NCBI GenBank assembly: GCA_943704425.1
Contig: CALSCP010002467.1
Coordinates: 1 to 33,670 of the forward strand
Reading direction: 5' to 3'
Source of the DNA: Ministeria vibrans ATCC 50519
Lineage: Eukaryota; Protista; Filasterea
Length of the DNA: 33,670 nt
Made by a program: the position numbers and the translations under genes. Shown one piece after another: positions 1 through 15,022 of the stretch. Each line of letters starts with the position of its first letter. Within the stretch, counting starts at the first letter, position 1. Under the pieces are notes generated by a model. The model saw only the letters and a program-made list of their open reading frames with translations. It was not told where the DNA came from and ran no database searches.

Positions 1-3
1 GCG

Positions 4-1695
4 ATGGGCAACGTGAGCGCGGTGGACACGGACCACGATCACGACCACGACCACGATCGTCGTCGCGACGATGAGCACGACCACGATGACGACGATGATG
101 AGCACGATCACGAGCATGCAACGGCGGTGCGCTGGATGGAGTATACAAACGGTGCGGCGGCAAGTGGACGGTACACTGTGCATGTGGTGGTCGCTGGCAA
201 CGCAACGGGTAGCGTTGAGGTGTACGCGGCGGTGGGGACGGAGCAGGTGGCGGCATGGCCGTACGCAACGATGCCTGCAGACACCAGCGTGACTGCAACC
301 GCCACCAGTGCGACGAGCATGAGCGTGAGCTGGGCCGCGGCGACGGGTGACGATGTCGTGTACTGTGTGTACTGGCACGAGGAGGATGAGCATATGGACA
401 GCAGTGCACACGGCAGCAGCTGCTCAGCCCACTTTGGTGACGAGCACACAAGCAGCATGTGCACCAATGCGACGAGCGTGACGCTGACGGGCCTGCACGC
501 GGATAGCGAGTACCATGTCGATGTCGTTGCCAAGCGTCAAACGTACACACTGGCGTACACGTCGGCCGTTGCGGCGACGCCTTCACTCTGCGGATCAGCA
601 CCGTGCATGAATGGAGGTTCCTGTGTTGTGCAGAACGGTATGTTTGTTTGTGCCTGTCCAAGCGGTGTCAACGGTGTCCAGTGTGAAACATGCGATGCGG
701 TCCAGAACTGCGCCTTTAGTGGCGGCTGTCAGCTTTGCTCCGAGTGCGATTCCGGCTATTTTGTCTCTTCCAATGGCACGCAATGCGAGGCTTGCTCGTA
801 TTCACCCAGCGACTGTGGTGTTGGGCTGTACCTGGCCGGCTGTAGCAGCAGCTTTGACGGTGCTTGCGTTCCGTGTGCTCCCTGTGCGTCTGGTGAGATT
901 GCTATTAGCGGCTGTCAAGGAAACGAAACAACGGACACCCGAGTTTGCGCGTCTGGGGCTACTGAGAGTGCCACCACGGGCACCGCAATGACTATTTATT
1001 TCTCAACCTACTCGGTTGTGCTCTCGGACACAAGTATTCCCGCCGATGATCAAGGCAACTCTCAAGCTGTTAATGTGCAGCTGGCGCAGACCTCGTTGCC
1101 CAGCACAAGCGTGGATGCTTCGCTGGCAAGTGCAGGCTACGCCGTTCGCTCTGATGTTCTATTGCTGGGACCGACCAATTTTGAATTCGGACCGGGGACT
1201 TGTCTCTCGCTCGAGATTCCTGGCTTTGTTGCAAGCCAGCCCGTTGTGACGGTTATGTTCAGTACCTCATCCTCTCCTTACTCCTGGGTCTCGGCGCCCG
1301 GTGTGACCTACATCAATGGATCGACTGTCACGCAGTGCAGCGCTGCCTCGCGACGTCGCGGCGTTGGCACTCTTTCTGGGGGAAGCTACACGGTCGCTGG
1401 TGGTTCTTCCGCATCTACGAGTCAGAGTTCTACCGCCGCTGTTGTTGGCGGTGCTGTTGGCGGGGCTATTATTATTCTCTTGGTGGCTGCTCTGCTGCTA
1501 TATCGCGTGCATCATCGAAGCAACTTGAAAGCTCGCCCTCAATCACAATCAGAATCTCGCTCTGATTTACAGTTGCACGAGATGGATGATCTTTCGCTTG
1601 TGGATGAGGCCGAGTCATACGGACACCACTCGACTATTGACGCCGCAGACGGAGACAACGTGTCTACGGATGCCGTTGAAATGCACTTCCATTGA
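4..1695 (+). CDS. Type I membrane protein with His/Asp-rich tract, NDNF-like fibronectin type III module, EGF domain and Cys-rich (TNFR/furin-like) repeats; probably 5'-truncated by the window
   Basis: 563-aa ORF: HDHDHDHD...EHDHEH tract; FN3-like SMSVSWAAA..YCVYW..VTLTGLHADSEYHVDVVA; EGF CGSAPCMNGGSC..FVCACPSGVNGVQCE; CxxC repeats; TM helix VVGGAVGGAIIILLVAALLLY then acidic tail. No signal peptide is visible, so the true start likely lies upstream. Confidence 0.8.
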   Translation: MGNVSAVDTDHDHDHDHDRRRDDEHDHDDDDDEHDHEHATAVRWMEYTNGAAASGRYTVHVVVAGNATGSVEVYAAVGTEQVAAWPYATMPADTSVTATATSATSMSVSWAAATGDDVVYCVYWHEEDEHMDSSAHGSSCSAHFGDEHTSSMCTNATSVTLTGLHADSEYHVDVVAKRQTYTLAYTSAVAATPSLCGSAPCMNGGSCVVQNGMFVCACPSGVNGVQCETCDAVQNCAFSGGCQLCSECDSGYFVSSNGTQCEACSYSPSDCGVGLYLAGCSSSFDGACVPCAPCASGEIAISGCQGNETTDTRVCASGATESATTGTAMTIYFSTYSVVLSDTSIPADDQGNSQAVNVQLAQTSLPSTSVDASLASAGYAVRSDVLLLGPTNFEFGPGTCLSLEIPGFVASQPVVTVMFSTSSSPYSWVSAPGVTYINGSTVTQCSAASRRRGVGTLSGGSYTVAGGSSASTSQSSTAAVVGGAVGGAIIILLVAALLLYRVHHRSNLKARPQSQSESRSDLQLHEMDDLSLVDEAESYGHHSTIDAADGDNVSTDAVEMHFH

Positions 1696-1985
1696 CGCTC
1701 CCATTTTCTTTCTCGCGCGTTTTTTATATTGATTGTCATAAATGAAGGAGTGAAATAATAATAATTATTATTGTCTTGTTTTGACATTGAGTATTCTCTA
1801 TTAATTATTTTTCTATACTAATAATTAATAATAATAATAATTTAAACACTAACAGCTTAAAAGATTATAAATTTAATTCACATTCAAGATGCTTAGTCTG
1901 GTTTTGGGATTGATTATTTCTACAACAATAAATTCATTAAGGTTAAAAGTTTACTCAAGGGATATAAATGAAGTGAAAAGTTGAG

Positions 1986-2217
<232 letters not shown>

Positions 2218-2302
2218 TTTTTATTTTTATTATTATTTTTATTATTTTTATTTTGTACACAGTATTAATGTTAACTTTTGCTGTAAGGTTTGAAAAGTAT
2301 TC

Positions 2303-3984
2303 TTATTTCTCAATGCCTCTCCGTATCCGCGTCATGTCAATGCGCACACACACACGTGGATGCCACGAGGGAGCTCTGCTGGCAAAACAAAACCTCTTAA
2401 ACTCGGTAAGCTCGTCGTCGTCGTCATCGTTGTCGTCGTTGTTGTCGTCCTTGTTGTTGTTGTTGTCACAGTCATCGACACACTCGCTAGTATTCTGTTC
2501 AGCACTGATTATCTTTTCATCGCCTTGTGAAGCAATACTTTCTGTGCGCCGAACATTTGCAGTCTCCACAACTGCGATATCGACGAGGGCTGCTGGTGAT
2601 TTACTCAAGTCACGTTGTGAAACTGAGTTTTCAGCGCACTTCTTCTTTTCCTCCGCTGAGTTCGCTTGAGCCACAGAATTTGATGTGCACTCGTCGCTCG
2701 CACACTTCTCTTTTTCTTTTCTTGGCTTTACACCGACCTTCTTTGCCTTTTTTGCCTTCTTACGGGCATGAACCGCATTTCCCGCGGATTTTGTCTTGCT
2801 GCCGCCTTGAATAAATGCGACGAGGCTGTCAAGATCACCTGCACAGGCCGGAGCAGGAGTCGTTTCATTGCAGGTGGATGATGTGCCCGAGCACACCTGC
2901 TTCCGCTCCGTCTGTCGACGAGCGTGCGCCAAACGAAGCTGTTCGCGTATTGAGGGAGTGTTTCGCTGTGTTGGGCAAAGTGGGAAGTCTGTCTGACACG
3001 ACGGAAAGCCCGCAAGCACAACGGGGAGCTGTGCCATCGAGCGTGGCAAGAAATTAATAAGGATGTTGGAGAGGTGCAGTTGCTTGAGAGATTGGAGCTT
3101 TCCCATGGAGCTGGGAAGAGAGACAAGTTGGTTGCAGCTTGCATCGAGAGAAACCAGCGTCGTCAGGTTGCCAGTCGACGCGGGGAGCGATGATAGTGAA
3201 TTTTGAGAGAGCTGCAGCTCTGCAATGGCAGGGAGTTGGCCAAGCGAATCGGGGAGAAGAGTGAGCTGGTTTTCCGCAAGATCAAGGACGGTCAGTGACA
3301 GTAATTGACCCACAGAGTTTGGGAGTGACAGGAGACGGTTGTGGCCGAGAAATAGCTTTGTGAGTGATTTGAGTTGGCCAATGGATTCGGGCAGGAACTC
3401 GAGCTGATTGTGGCAGAGAGTGAGCTCTTGCAACGACGTGAGATTGCCGATAGAGGCAGGCAGAACATCGAGGCAGTTGGTGCAGAGCGACAAGTTTGTG
3501 AGTGTGCTCAACAGGCCAATAGAATCAGGCAAGGCCGTTAGATTGTTGTTGGCGATGTTGAGCACAGCAAGTGATGAGAGCATTCCAATGGAAGGCGGCA
3601 AGCGTCTCAGTCGATTGGACGCGAGAATGAGCTTTCTCAAAGCCGCGAGCTGGCCAATAGAGTCGGGCACTGCAATCAGCTGGTTGTGGCAGAGAGTCAG
3701 CTTCTCCATCGTTTCAAGCTCGCCAATCCACGATGGCAGAGTGACAAGTTCGTTGCGACAGAGACTGAGATCCGAGACTTGCGCGAGAGCGTCCAGTTCA
3801 CATGTGGAAATCGTCATTGGCAACTCTCTCACCTGCTTGTTGATGAGGTGAAGTTGATCTCCTTGGCAATGCGCATGGAGTTCTTCTACACAGCAAAAGG
3901 AACAAAAACGACCCGTGATGATTGTGTAAACAAACAACTAACCCTAACCGAGTGAGCCGTACCAATTGAGGGCGAGCTCGTCAT
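2303..3984 (-). CDS. Leucine-rich repeat protein (about 11 23-aa LRRs) with FAM193-like C-terminal motifs
   Basis: Repeats of LxxLxLxxNxLxxLPxSIGxL. Predicted exon 1 3984-3963 (MTSSPSI), phase-1 intron 3962-3886 (GTACGG...TGTAG), exon 2 3885-2303. Tail has DLDSLVAFIQG, a Lys-rich stretch and DDELTEFKRFC. Confidence 0.85.
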
Positions 3985-4705
3985 CCCCTGGGACTGGCGC
4001 TGGCTCGTTGTTCCTGAGGGCTCTTCCAATTTGTTGTTAAGTGCGAGATGGTGCAGCCAAGACACCTCCGACTAATTCAAGGAGGTCGAGACTCACCAAA
4101 GGCTGGCTGGGAACGGAGCGAAAGTATTCAAGTCCTATTCAACTGAAGTTCAACTTCTAAGCTGTTATCTTCGACGCTCGCAAAATACGTTTGACACAGA
4201 GTGCAAGGTCAACGGTGGATAGACAAGGCAGACTTGACGAGTGTGCTGATAGAGGAAAGCAGAGGAAATAATGTCGAATTATTGAAATAATTATAATCAA
4301 ACCACACAATTTAAGATTTGGCGAGCTCGTCAATAATAATTATAATAATAATTATTATTATTGCTATGTTGTATTGGGAGTCCGTACGTGAGTATGTCTG
4401 TCCTGGACATTGGCATCAAAAGCCGACGAATGCGCGCGTTGAGGGTGTCTCACTGTCTGAGCGGCGGAATGGGGAGAGACCGCGAGAGCTTACCGAGAGC
4501 AATGTGGATGTCCGTTTCACATTCTTATAGTAAATAAGTACTCCTCGAAATTGATAGCGCATTTATTAATGAAACTCGTCTTGTACGTTAACATAAAAAT
4601 TATTACATCAGTCGTGTACACAGCCATAGACTCAGTGACACTTGAAGGAAAACAAAACAATGGCAAATACCAGACAAAAATTGTGTGTGTGTGAAATACA
4701 GATGA

Positions 4706-5996
4706 TCATGTCCAAATGGCAACCACAGCCATGAGAGTGAAGCCAAATACAGCTGCCACGCCCCGTGCTACCACCACACCTGGCGTTTGGAGTGCCCCTG
4801 TGTCTGTCAGACCTGCGTCAAGTGACGAAGGATCTTCGTTCGCTTCGGGTTCCTTCGTTGTCACGCTAGAAGGAGATCCTGCAGCGTCGGGTTCCGTGGC
4901 AAGCTCCGGGGCTGACGACACAGCACACTAAAGTTGAAAGAGGGTACAACAGTAACCAAACGTGAGGCTTCTCATCTCATCACGACTCTCAATCTCTCAC
5001 GTACCCCATCTTCCAAACGAGGTGCAGTTACTGGAACTTGCGAGCCATGATCGTGGTTTCCCTGGAGTGTGACAAGCGCACAGTAGAGAAAGGAACCGGC
5101 CGCACAGGCAGTGACAGCACCAATCGCTGGAGAGTCGCTGTTGCCCGAGAACGCTGCAATCCCGATGGCAATGAAGGCAGGTGTCACACAAGAAAATAGA
5201 CAAATGAGAAGACCAATCGTGCAACGAGAGAGGTTTGTGGAGAGCAGCGACACACAAATCGCAGCAGAGGCAATGGACTTGTGAACAAGGAGCGCCACCA
5301 TCAGAGCAACTACATCGTCGAGAGTTTGCTGTGCGCCAAGAGCAAGTCCAGCAATTGCCGAATGAACACTGATGACAACAAGCAGGAGAATGGCAACCAG
5401 GAGAGCGCGGTGGCTCTCGACCATCGCGAACGTCTTTGGTGTGGCCAGCAGCGTGGTTGTGTCTGAACTGGCGTTGCTGGCTTGAGCTGCACCCTGCGGT
5501 GCTTCACAGTCGGCCTTCACACAGACACAGCGCTGTTCCAGGCGATTGTTTAGCGCGAGGCGAATGAGGAACGGGAGCAGGAGGGACTCAAGAATGTAAA
5601 CAAACAGTGCAGACGCGCCACAGGCAAGGAAGGCAAACGGATACGCTGAGACGCTGTCCAGGACGTCCTGCGCATCAGCCAGCATGTGAATAAGTGCAAC
5701 TCCAAGAAATACACCCCCACTGAAGGCGTTGGCAACGGCAAACACGCGGGCGCGCTGCTGTGCGGGCGTTTTGTCCAAGCTGGCGAAGGGAAAGCACAAA
5801 GTCAAACGCAAAGACGTAAATTAACTGCTCTTGGGCGGTTGCGTACCATATGGCACAGAGACCAAGTAGTCCACTTAGTAGTGTTCCTGCAAATGCAATC
5901 TACAAATACAATGAGATTATGAGAAAACTGAAATCGATTATGATTTATCTGACACGCGACAGTTTGTACCCATTTAAGTGAAAGGGGAGACACCAT
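4706..5996 (-). CDS. ZIP family (Zrt/Irt-like) zinc/metal transporter, 4 exons
   Basis: Spliced: MVSPLSLKW (5996-5970) | IAFAGTLLSGLLGLCAIC (about 5898-5847) | LDKTPAQQ..NAFSGGVFLGVALIHML..HSAIAGLALG..HKSIAS..AAGSFLY (about 5780-5005) | CAVSS..GVAAVFGFTLMAVVAIWT* (4927-4706). Eight TM helices; all introns are GT-AG with compatible phases. Confidence 0.92.
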
Positions 5997-6136
5997 TTGT
6001 ACTAAACGTGAAATTCAACTATAAAGAGGGTTGACGGCTCAGCGCGCGGAGGGAGCGAGGGGCACTGTGCAACGTATAAATTGACTGGGGAAGAGTGAAA
6101 TCAATGAATCTTTCATATCTAATATCTTTTGTGTAG

Positions 6137-6175
6137 AATTCCTAATGGCTGGCGAGCTCGCCAGCAAAATTCCTA
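6137..6175. promoter_or_regulatory. 18-bp perfect palindrome GCTGGCGAGCTCGCCAGC (6148-6165) flanked by AATTCCTA direct repeats in the ZIP/oxidoreductase bidirectional promoter
   Basis: Palindrome and flanking repeats (6137-6144, 6168-6175) read directly from the sequence; GC-rich island in an AT-rich spacer. Regulatory function is inferred. Confidence 0.45.
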
Positions 6176-6357
6176 CTCAACTTGTTGTCTTCGCTTGAGC
6201 CTATTCACTTTTTTTTGACTTCTTTGATTCTTAATTGTATTGACTATTGTCTATTTGACACTCTTGGATCACTGACTACTACAGTAAGACGAACCTACGT
6301 TCCGTTTTGAGAGTGTCACAATTCACCCGGTCTTTTCGCGGAATTTTCTCACAGATC

Positions 6358-7916
6358 ATGCCCAGCGACGCCCCTGCTCCCTCCTTCTCAAATGCGTGCA
6401 GTGGATCTTCACATATGAATCCCACTATAGCAGCTAATGGTATGCAGAGGTTATTGGGTGTGATTGCAACACCAAGCCAACAACAACGTTTTATATAGGA
6501 GTATTAAATTTTGACGTTTGCATTGTTGGCGCGGGACCGGCTGGTCTTGCCATGCTCAGCGCTATCCATTCACCGCTCGGTCCACTGTCCAACTTGGACA
6601 ATCCGTCGGCAGAGCACTGTCGCAGAACAACTCAAAAGCCTGTTCGCACCTGTGTGGTGGATCCCTCTGGGAGTTGGCTGTCCGACTGGCACGGGCGCTT
6701 CGATGCACTCAACATCGACTGGCTGCGCTCCACAGTGTCCGCCCATCCAGGTGCCCTCTGCAAAGAAGCACTCTTTGAGTTTGCAATGCGCCACGGCCGC
6801 GATCATGAACTGCGTGATTTTGACGACAGCGATACTGGCGCGCCACATCAATTCCGCGGCGTGCGCGACACTGCAGCGGGTCTTTTCAAGATTCCGAGTA
6901 CCTCGCTGTTTCGAGACTTTTGCTGTGAGCTCAGTGCTACTCTTCCGCATGAGTTTGTCGCGGGAAAAGCCCAACGTGTGGAGAAACGCTCTCGTGGGCG
7001 CAAGGCATCGTCCTACTCGGTGGTGGTGGACACGCAGGATGGAGGGACTCTTCGTCTCGGAGTCAAGCACGTCATCTTTGCCATTGGTTCGGGGCAACCT
7101 CGAGTTCCCGCTCCGTTTGATGCACCCTTATGCGCTGCAAGTGGACGCGTGTTCCATACATGCGACTGGCGAGCGTTGCGACAGTTCACTCTGGCCGACA
7201 CGGACACTGTGCTTGTCATTGGCGGCGGCCTCAGCGCTGCTCAGGCGGCTCTCCTGGCCATTGAGAGAGGTGCCAAGCGAACCATCTTGTGCAGTCGACG
7301 CAAGCTTACGACTCGCCATTTGGACGTGCCTCTCAGCTGGATTGATCCGCGTGCCGTGCGCGGCTCCTCGGGCACGGAGCTGTGCCACTTCTTTGCCTTG
7401 CCTCTTGCCGAGCGCAAAGCCTGGGTGCGTGAAAAGCGTTCGGGTGGCAGCGTTCCATGGTCGTACTTGGAGCAGCTGAACGCTCAGCAATCGGCAGGCC
7501 GTCTGGAGATGGTGGTTGATTCGATCAAGGACGTGCAGCTTGACAATGGCAAACTCCACATTGAATTTGACGGCACATCTCCGACCCTCTGTGCGCAATT
7601 TGTTGTGTTGGGCACGGGCACGTGCACTGATGAGGTGGAGAAAACTCCCCTTTTGCGTCGCGCCATCAAAGATTTTCAGCTTCCAGTCGTTCAGGGTCAG
7701 CCGGCACTGGACGAAAACCTGCAGTGGGGACATGAGCGATTCAGCGTGGTGGGCGCTCATGCACTGTTGGCGCTCGGACCAGATGCGGGAAATCTCATGG
7801 GCATTCGACGCGGCGCGCTTCTGTGTGCCTCGAATCTGGGCGTGTATGACCATTTGGAACGGAAAGGAAATGTCAGGAGCAACCGTTTTGCCGCACTTTT
7901 TCAAGAGGATGATTGA
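6358..7916 (+). CDS. FAD/NAD(P)-dependent oxidoreductase (lysine/ornithine N-monooxygenase-like, class B flavoprotein)
   Basis: Exon 1 from 6358 (or 6415) to 6439, intron 6440-6498 (GTATGC...TATAG), then FDVCIVGAGPAGLA (FAD Rossmann motif upstream of the ORF-track start), VVDPSGSWLSDW..F..L.I..LRS, VIFAIG, VLVIGGGLSAAQ (NAD(P)), VVLGTG, LGPDAGNLMG. Confidence 0.88.
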
Positions 7917-8165
7917 AAATTGTAAAATAAAAGAGAGGAGATGTAATGTCAAAACTAAACAATAAATCAAATTTCCGCCATAGTTTCACCCCAAACAAGA
8001 TGGGGTGCCCATCGACCCACAAATATGCTGAATTGCGCTCTCACAGGAAGAGAACTAAGAATTCGAGGAATTCGAAGTATATTATTGTGTCATTTGCACG
8101 TCATTAATTGTTTGATTGTCTAACTTACGATTTATGTGCTATCAAATATCATTCTTAATTTCATT

Positions 8166-11485
<3,320 letters not shown>

Positions 11486-11543
11486 TGAACCGAATATTAA
11501 ACTTTTTTTTTGCAATATCGGGAATTAATCTACAACAGTCACA

Positions 11544-12632
11544 TTACTTTCTCCCCTTTTTGGCGGAGCCATTCTTCTTCTTTGAGCCACTGCCCGTTCC
11601 ACGACTGAGTGACTTGCGCAGTGCGCGTTTGTCGTCACGAGCCATTTTCATGCGGGGCGGAGCAAAGCGCTGCTTCTTCTGCTTTTGCGGTTGGTGCTGT
11701 TGTTGCTGTTGCTGTTGCTGTGCCTTGGTCCTCTCTGCCTTGCGCTTGCTGGCTTCTGCTAGGCCGCTAGGAGTGCCTGTCGTGCTGCTGCTGTGGTGCT
11801 TGCCTGTGTCGTCACTGCTCTCCTCTCGTGCCCGTTTCTTGCTTCTAATTGGCGGTTCGTCGTCCGACTCGCCCAAGTCTACAGCAGTTTTTTTATATTA
11901 GGGCGATTTTCTCTCTTTCTCTCCCTCTCTTTGTTTCTCTACGTATATGTATACCTTCAAAGTCAATGGCGGAAATGGTTGTGACCGTCACGAGCTTCTC
12001 AGCCTTTTCGTACTGCTTCACTTGCTGTCGTGACCGCTTGGCATCATCGTCGCCGTCACCGCCATCGTCGTCGTCGTCGTCTCCGTCAGACTCGCTTGAT
12101 CCTCCACCGTCTAGGCCTTCTTCGATTTCGCGGAGTTGCTTCTTGGCTGCGTCTCGGAATGACTTGGAGCTTTCGAGTCGCTGTAGGAAAAGGGAAAAAA
12201 GTTCAGACCAACGCACAAAACTCGATCCATCTTCACCTCTGTGCGTTGCTTTCGCTTCTCCTCTCTCAAGAGCTTCTCCTACAAACACACGCGTGTGTGA
12301 GCACCGGCAAGCCAGTCTCAAAGCAGCCAGGGAACGACAGGTACCTCTGCTTCTTTCGCCACGCGCTTTCGCTCGAGTTTTCTCTTGGAGAATCCCGTCA
12401 AGAATTCCCTACACACGCACATAATGAGTTCGCCGCACCCTCACCCACATGCATAGCGCACGCAGGCAGACACGCGTGTGCGGCAAAGGGGCCGTTACCT
12501 TCTGGCAGACTCGTCAAAGGTCAACGAAAGGTTCTTGCGCGGGCGATGCGACGATTTCGCAACTGGCACTTGTTCGCGCAACGACGCATACGCAGTGTGC
12601 GTCGGCTCAGCCGGGATGAGCATCTCAGCCAT
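11544..12632 (-). CDS. NOL12: Nucleolar protein 12 / Rrp17 (Nop25 family), multi-exon
   Basis: Spliced MAEMLIP..NLSLTFDESARR|EFLTGFSKRKLERKRVAKEAE|EKLLREEKRKQRTE|..LVTVTTISAIDFE|..Lys-rich tail. The TFD..R.E.LTGF.KRK motif is the family hallmark. Confidence 0.9.
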
Positions 12633-12748
12633 GACCAACAAGATTGAGAACTGAGGTGTAGAGAAAAAAAGTGACTTCTGACTATTTACCGTTTCTGAGT
12701 TTCAGTTTCACACACACACACAATTATTCATTTTCGAACGTGTCACAG

Positions 12749-15022
12749 ATGCCTTTGACAACCGAGTACCGCAAGGAGTTTGGCTACGACGGTGAGAAGA
12801 CGCACAACAGTCACCAGACAGACTGACCGGCGTTTTTGTGTTTTGTGTTTATTCTGTGCAGCTGTAGCCGCTCAGGCTCTCAATGGGGCCCAGTCCAGTG
12901 TGTCTCCAGCGGGCGTTCCCCCCGCGCCCTCAGACCCGCGCAGCAAGGCCTCAGCGGCGTCCAATCGGCCGTCTGAGTCCAATCCGCCGTCTGACGCCCC
13001 CTCTGAGTGCGGCTCCTCTGCAACGCGCTCACAGGTACACGCCCTTTGCCAACGTGTTGGTGTGCAAAATGGGGTTGTGGTCTTGCGTCAAGTCGTGCTA
13101 ATAATTCCGCTTAAGACTTTGCGAAAAAGAAAAAAATTCAAAAAAAATTCAAAAAAAAAAAAAAAGAACCGGCAAACTAAAATGCAGTTTGTTTTACGGG
13201 TCACGACAGGAGTCAATAGTGCATTGCTGTCCGTGCGCCTGTGCCAATGCATGCGGTGCGTCCGCGCAAGCTCAGCCGACGAAGAAGGCCAAGAAGCAAA
13301 ATGCGTCAAAGTTTGGCGTCACGACTGCTCCTACTCGCCCCAAACCAGCATACACGACGGAGTACCAGCGACAGTTCTGCTGGAAAGAGGTAGGGAACGC
13401 CCCGGGGAAGTGTCTGTGCGTCTCATAGCGCTTCAATTGCAGGGCGTTGTCGCCAAACCATTCAGACCGCGCGCACACACACTCTTGCTTGCCACAGCCA
13501 GCAGCAAGGCTGCGAGGGACGCCGCCGCCGACGGGGACGCCGACAAGGAGCACCAACGGCTTCTTTGCCAGGTACGCAGCAGAGCACAGTCCTTCTGCGT
13601 CACACACCGAATACCTTTTTTGTTAGGTGAATAGGGAACCGGCGGGAATCCCATCCGACTTTCAGAGCAAAGAAGGAGCTCGCAAACTGAAGCAACACCA
13701 GCTGAAAACAAACCTGGGGCCGGGTGGAGCAATGAAGGGGGGGGTACCGCCTCGGGGCAATGGGGCGTACAAAAGCGAGTACGCGAGCCAGTATGTGCCC
13801 TGGGAGGACTGGGACCGCACTCGAACGCACCACCACCACCATCACAAGAGCGAACCGCTGTGGCTCAAGCAACTTCATGAAGTGCGTCGCAAGGCTCATG
13901 AGTACCGCCATCGCGCAATCGTAGAGGACTTTGAAGGACAACTACGCAATGTCACAGACGCAGGACAGGCCACACTCTTCCGTCATCCTCCTTCACATCA
14001 ACAACAACACCACCAACACCAACACCACCAACACCAACACCACCAACACCACCAACACCACCAACACCATCATTCAACACAGCATCACCCACCACCTGAA
14101 GCAACAGCACCCTCTCACTCCCGCAACAGCAACTACACGCGCATTCTTGCCCAAGCAGCGCGCAACAGCGAAGCAAGCGACTCCTGCTCGACCACCAGCA
14201 GCTACAGCAGCAGCCACACCGCTCAGCCATCCTCCGTCTCCTCACATGACATTCTCTACAGCGACGTTGACATTGACGAGGGCTACGACCACCTCGCCGA
14301 CGACGACGACCTGCTCGACCCTTCTTCGGCGACGGCATCAGAATCCCCAGAGCAACATCTCCGTCGCGTTCAGTCCGACCTTCTCCACCACTACGACGCC
14401 CTCGAGACCCGTGGCTTTGACTCTACCGCCGCTCGTCAGCGCATGATTGACGCAATTACAACGACTGCCCCTAAGATGCCCTCTCAAGACGTAAAACACA
14501 CACACAAACCTTTCACACTCGCTTATATACATTCCTTGACTTAGGCGTATGTGAAGTCTCAAATTGCTCTGCACGAGAGTGAAATTCGTCGCGTCAAACG
14601 TGTTCTTCAGAAAATTGATCGAGAGTACATGAAAATCTCGTAAGAAGGATTATTATAATACGAATTGACACTAATTATGTTTTGTTTTTTTGTTGTTGTT
14701 TGTTTTTTGTTGTTGTTTTTCTTTTCATGGCAGACAACAACACATTGACGATGACACTCTGACACGCGCGTACACCGCAAAGCACAGTCCGCAGTGGGCT
14801 CGGTCGCGCGCGACTGGATCCCATTCATCGTCGCGACCGCTCCACTCCTCGTCGCTCCTCTACTCCTCCGACGACTTGTGCAGCAGTGTGAGCGGTTCGT
14901 GTGTGGATGACGATGCCTTTGACGACGATGATGGACAGAAGGTCACTGTGCCTCCGCTGAATTGGTCGTCACACGTCGATTCCAATGCGCGCTGGGCCTT
15001 CACGGATCCGCTTGATTGCTGA
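12749..15022 (+). CDS. MDM1: MDM1-like microtubule-binding (centriole/axoneme) protein, multi-exon
   Basis: Repeated TTEYRKEF, TTEYQRQF and KSEYASQY motifs, plus LWLKQLHEVRRKAHEYRHRA resembling the MDM1 W..EV.E.R.KA..Y..RA motif; His/Gln low-complexity tract; last exon ends at TGA 15022. Confidence 0.7.

Noticed and set aside
3938-3949. CTAACCCTAACC telomere-like repeat
   Set aside because: Only two units inside an intron; chance occurrence is plausible.
6511-7970. Long overlapping alternative-frame and antisense ORFs (6511-7479, 7128-7970)
   Set aside because: Shadow ORFs of a GC-rich coding exon with no recognisable motifs.
13995-14075. His/Gln-rich repeat as part of the metal-scavenging story
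   Set aside because: A CAC/CAA slippage tract within the MDM1-like protein; likely neutral low-complexity sequence.
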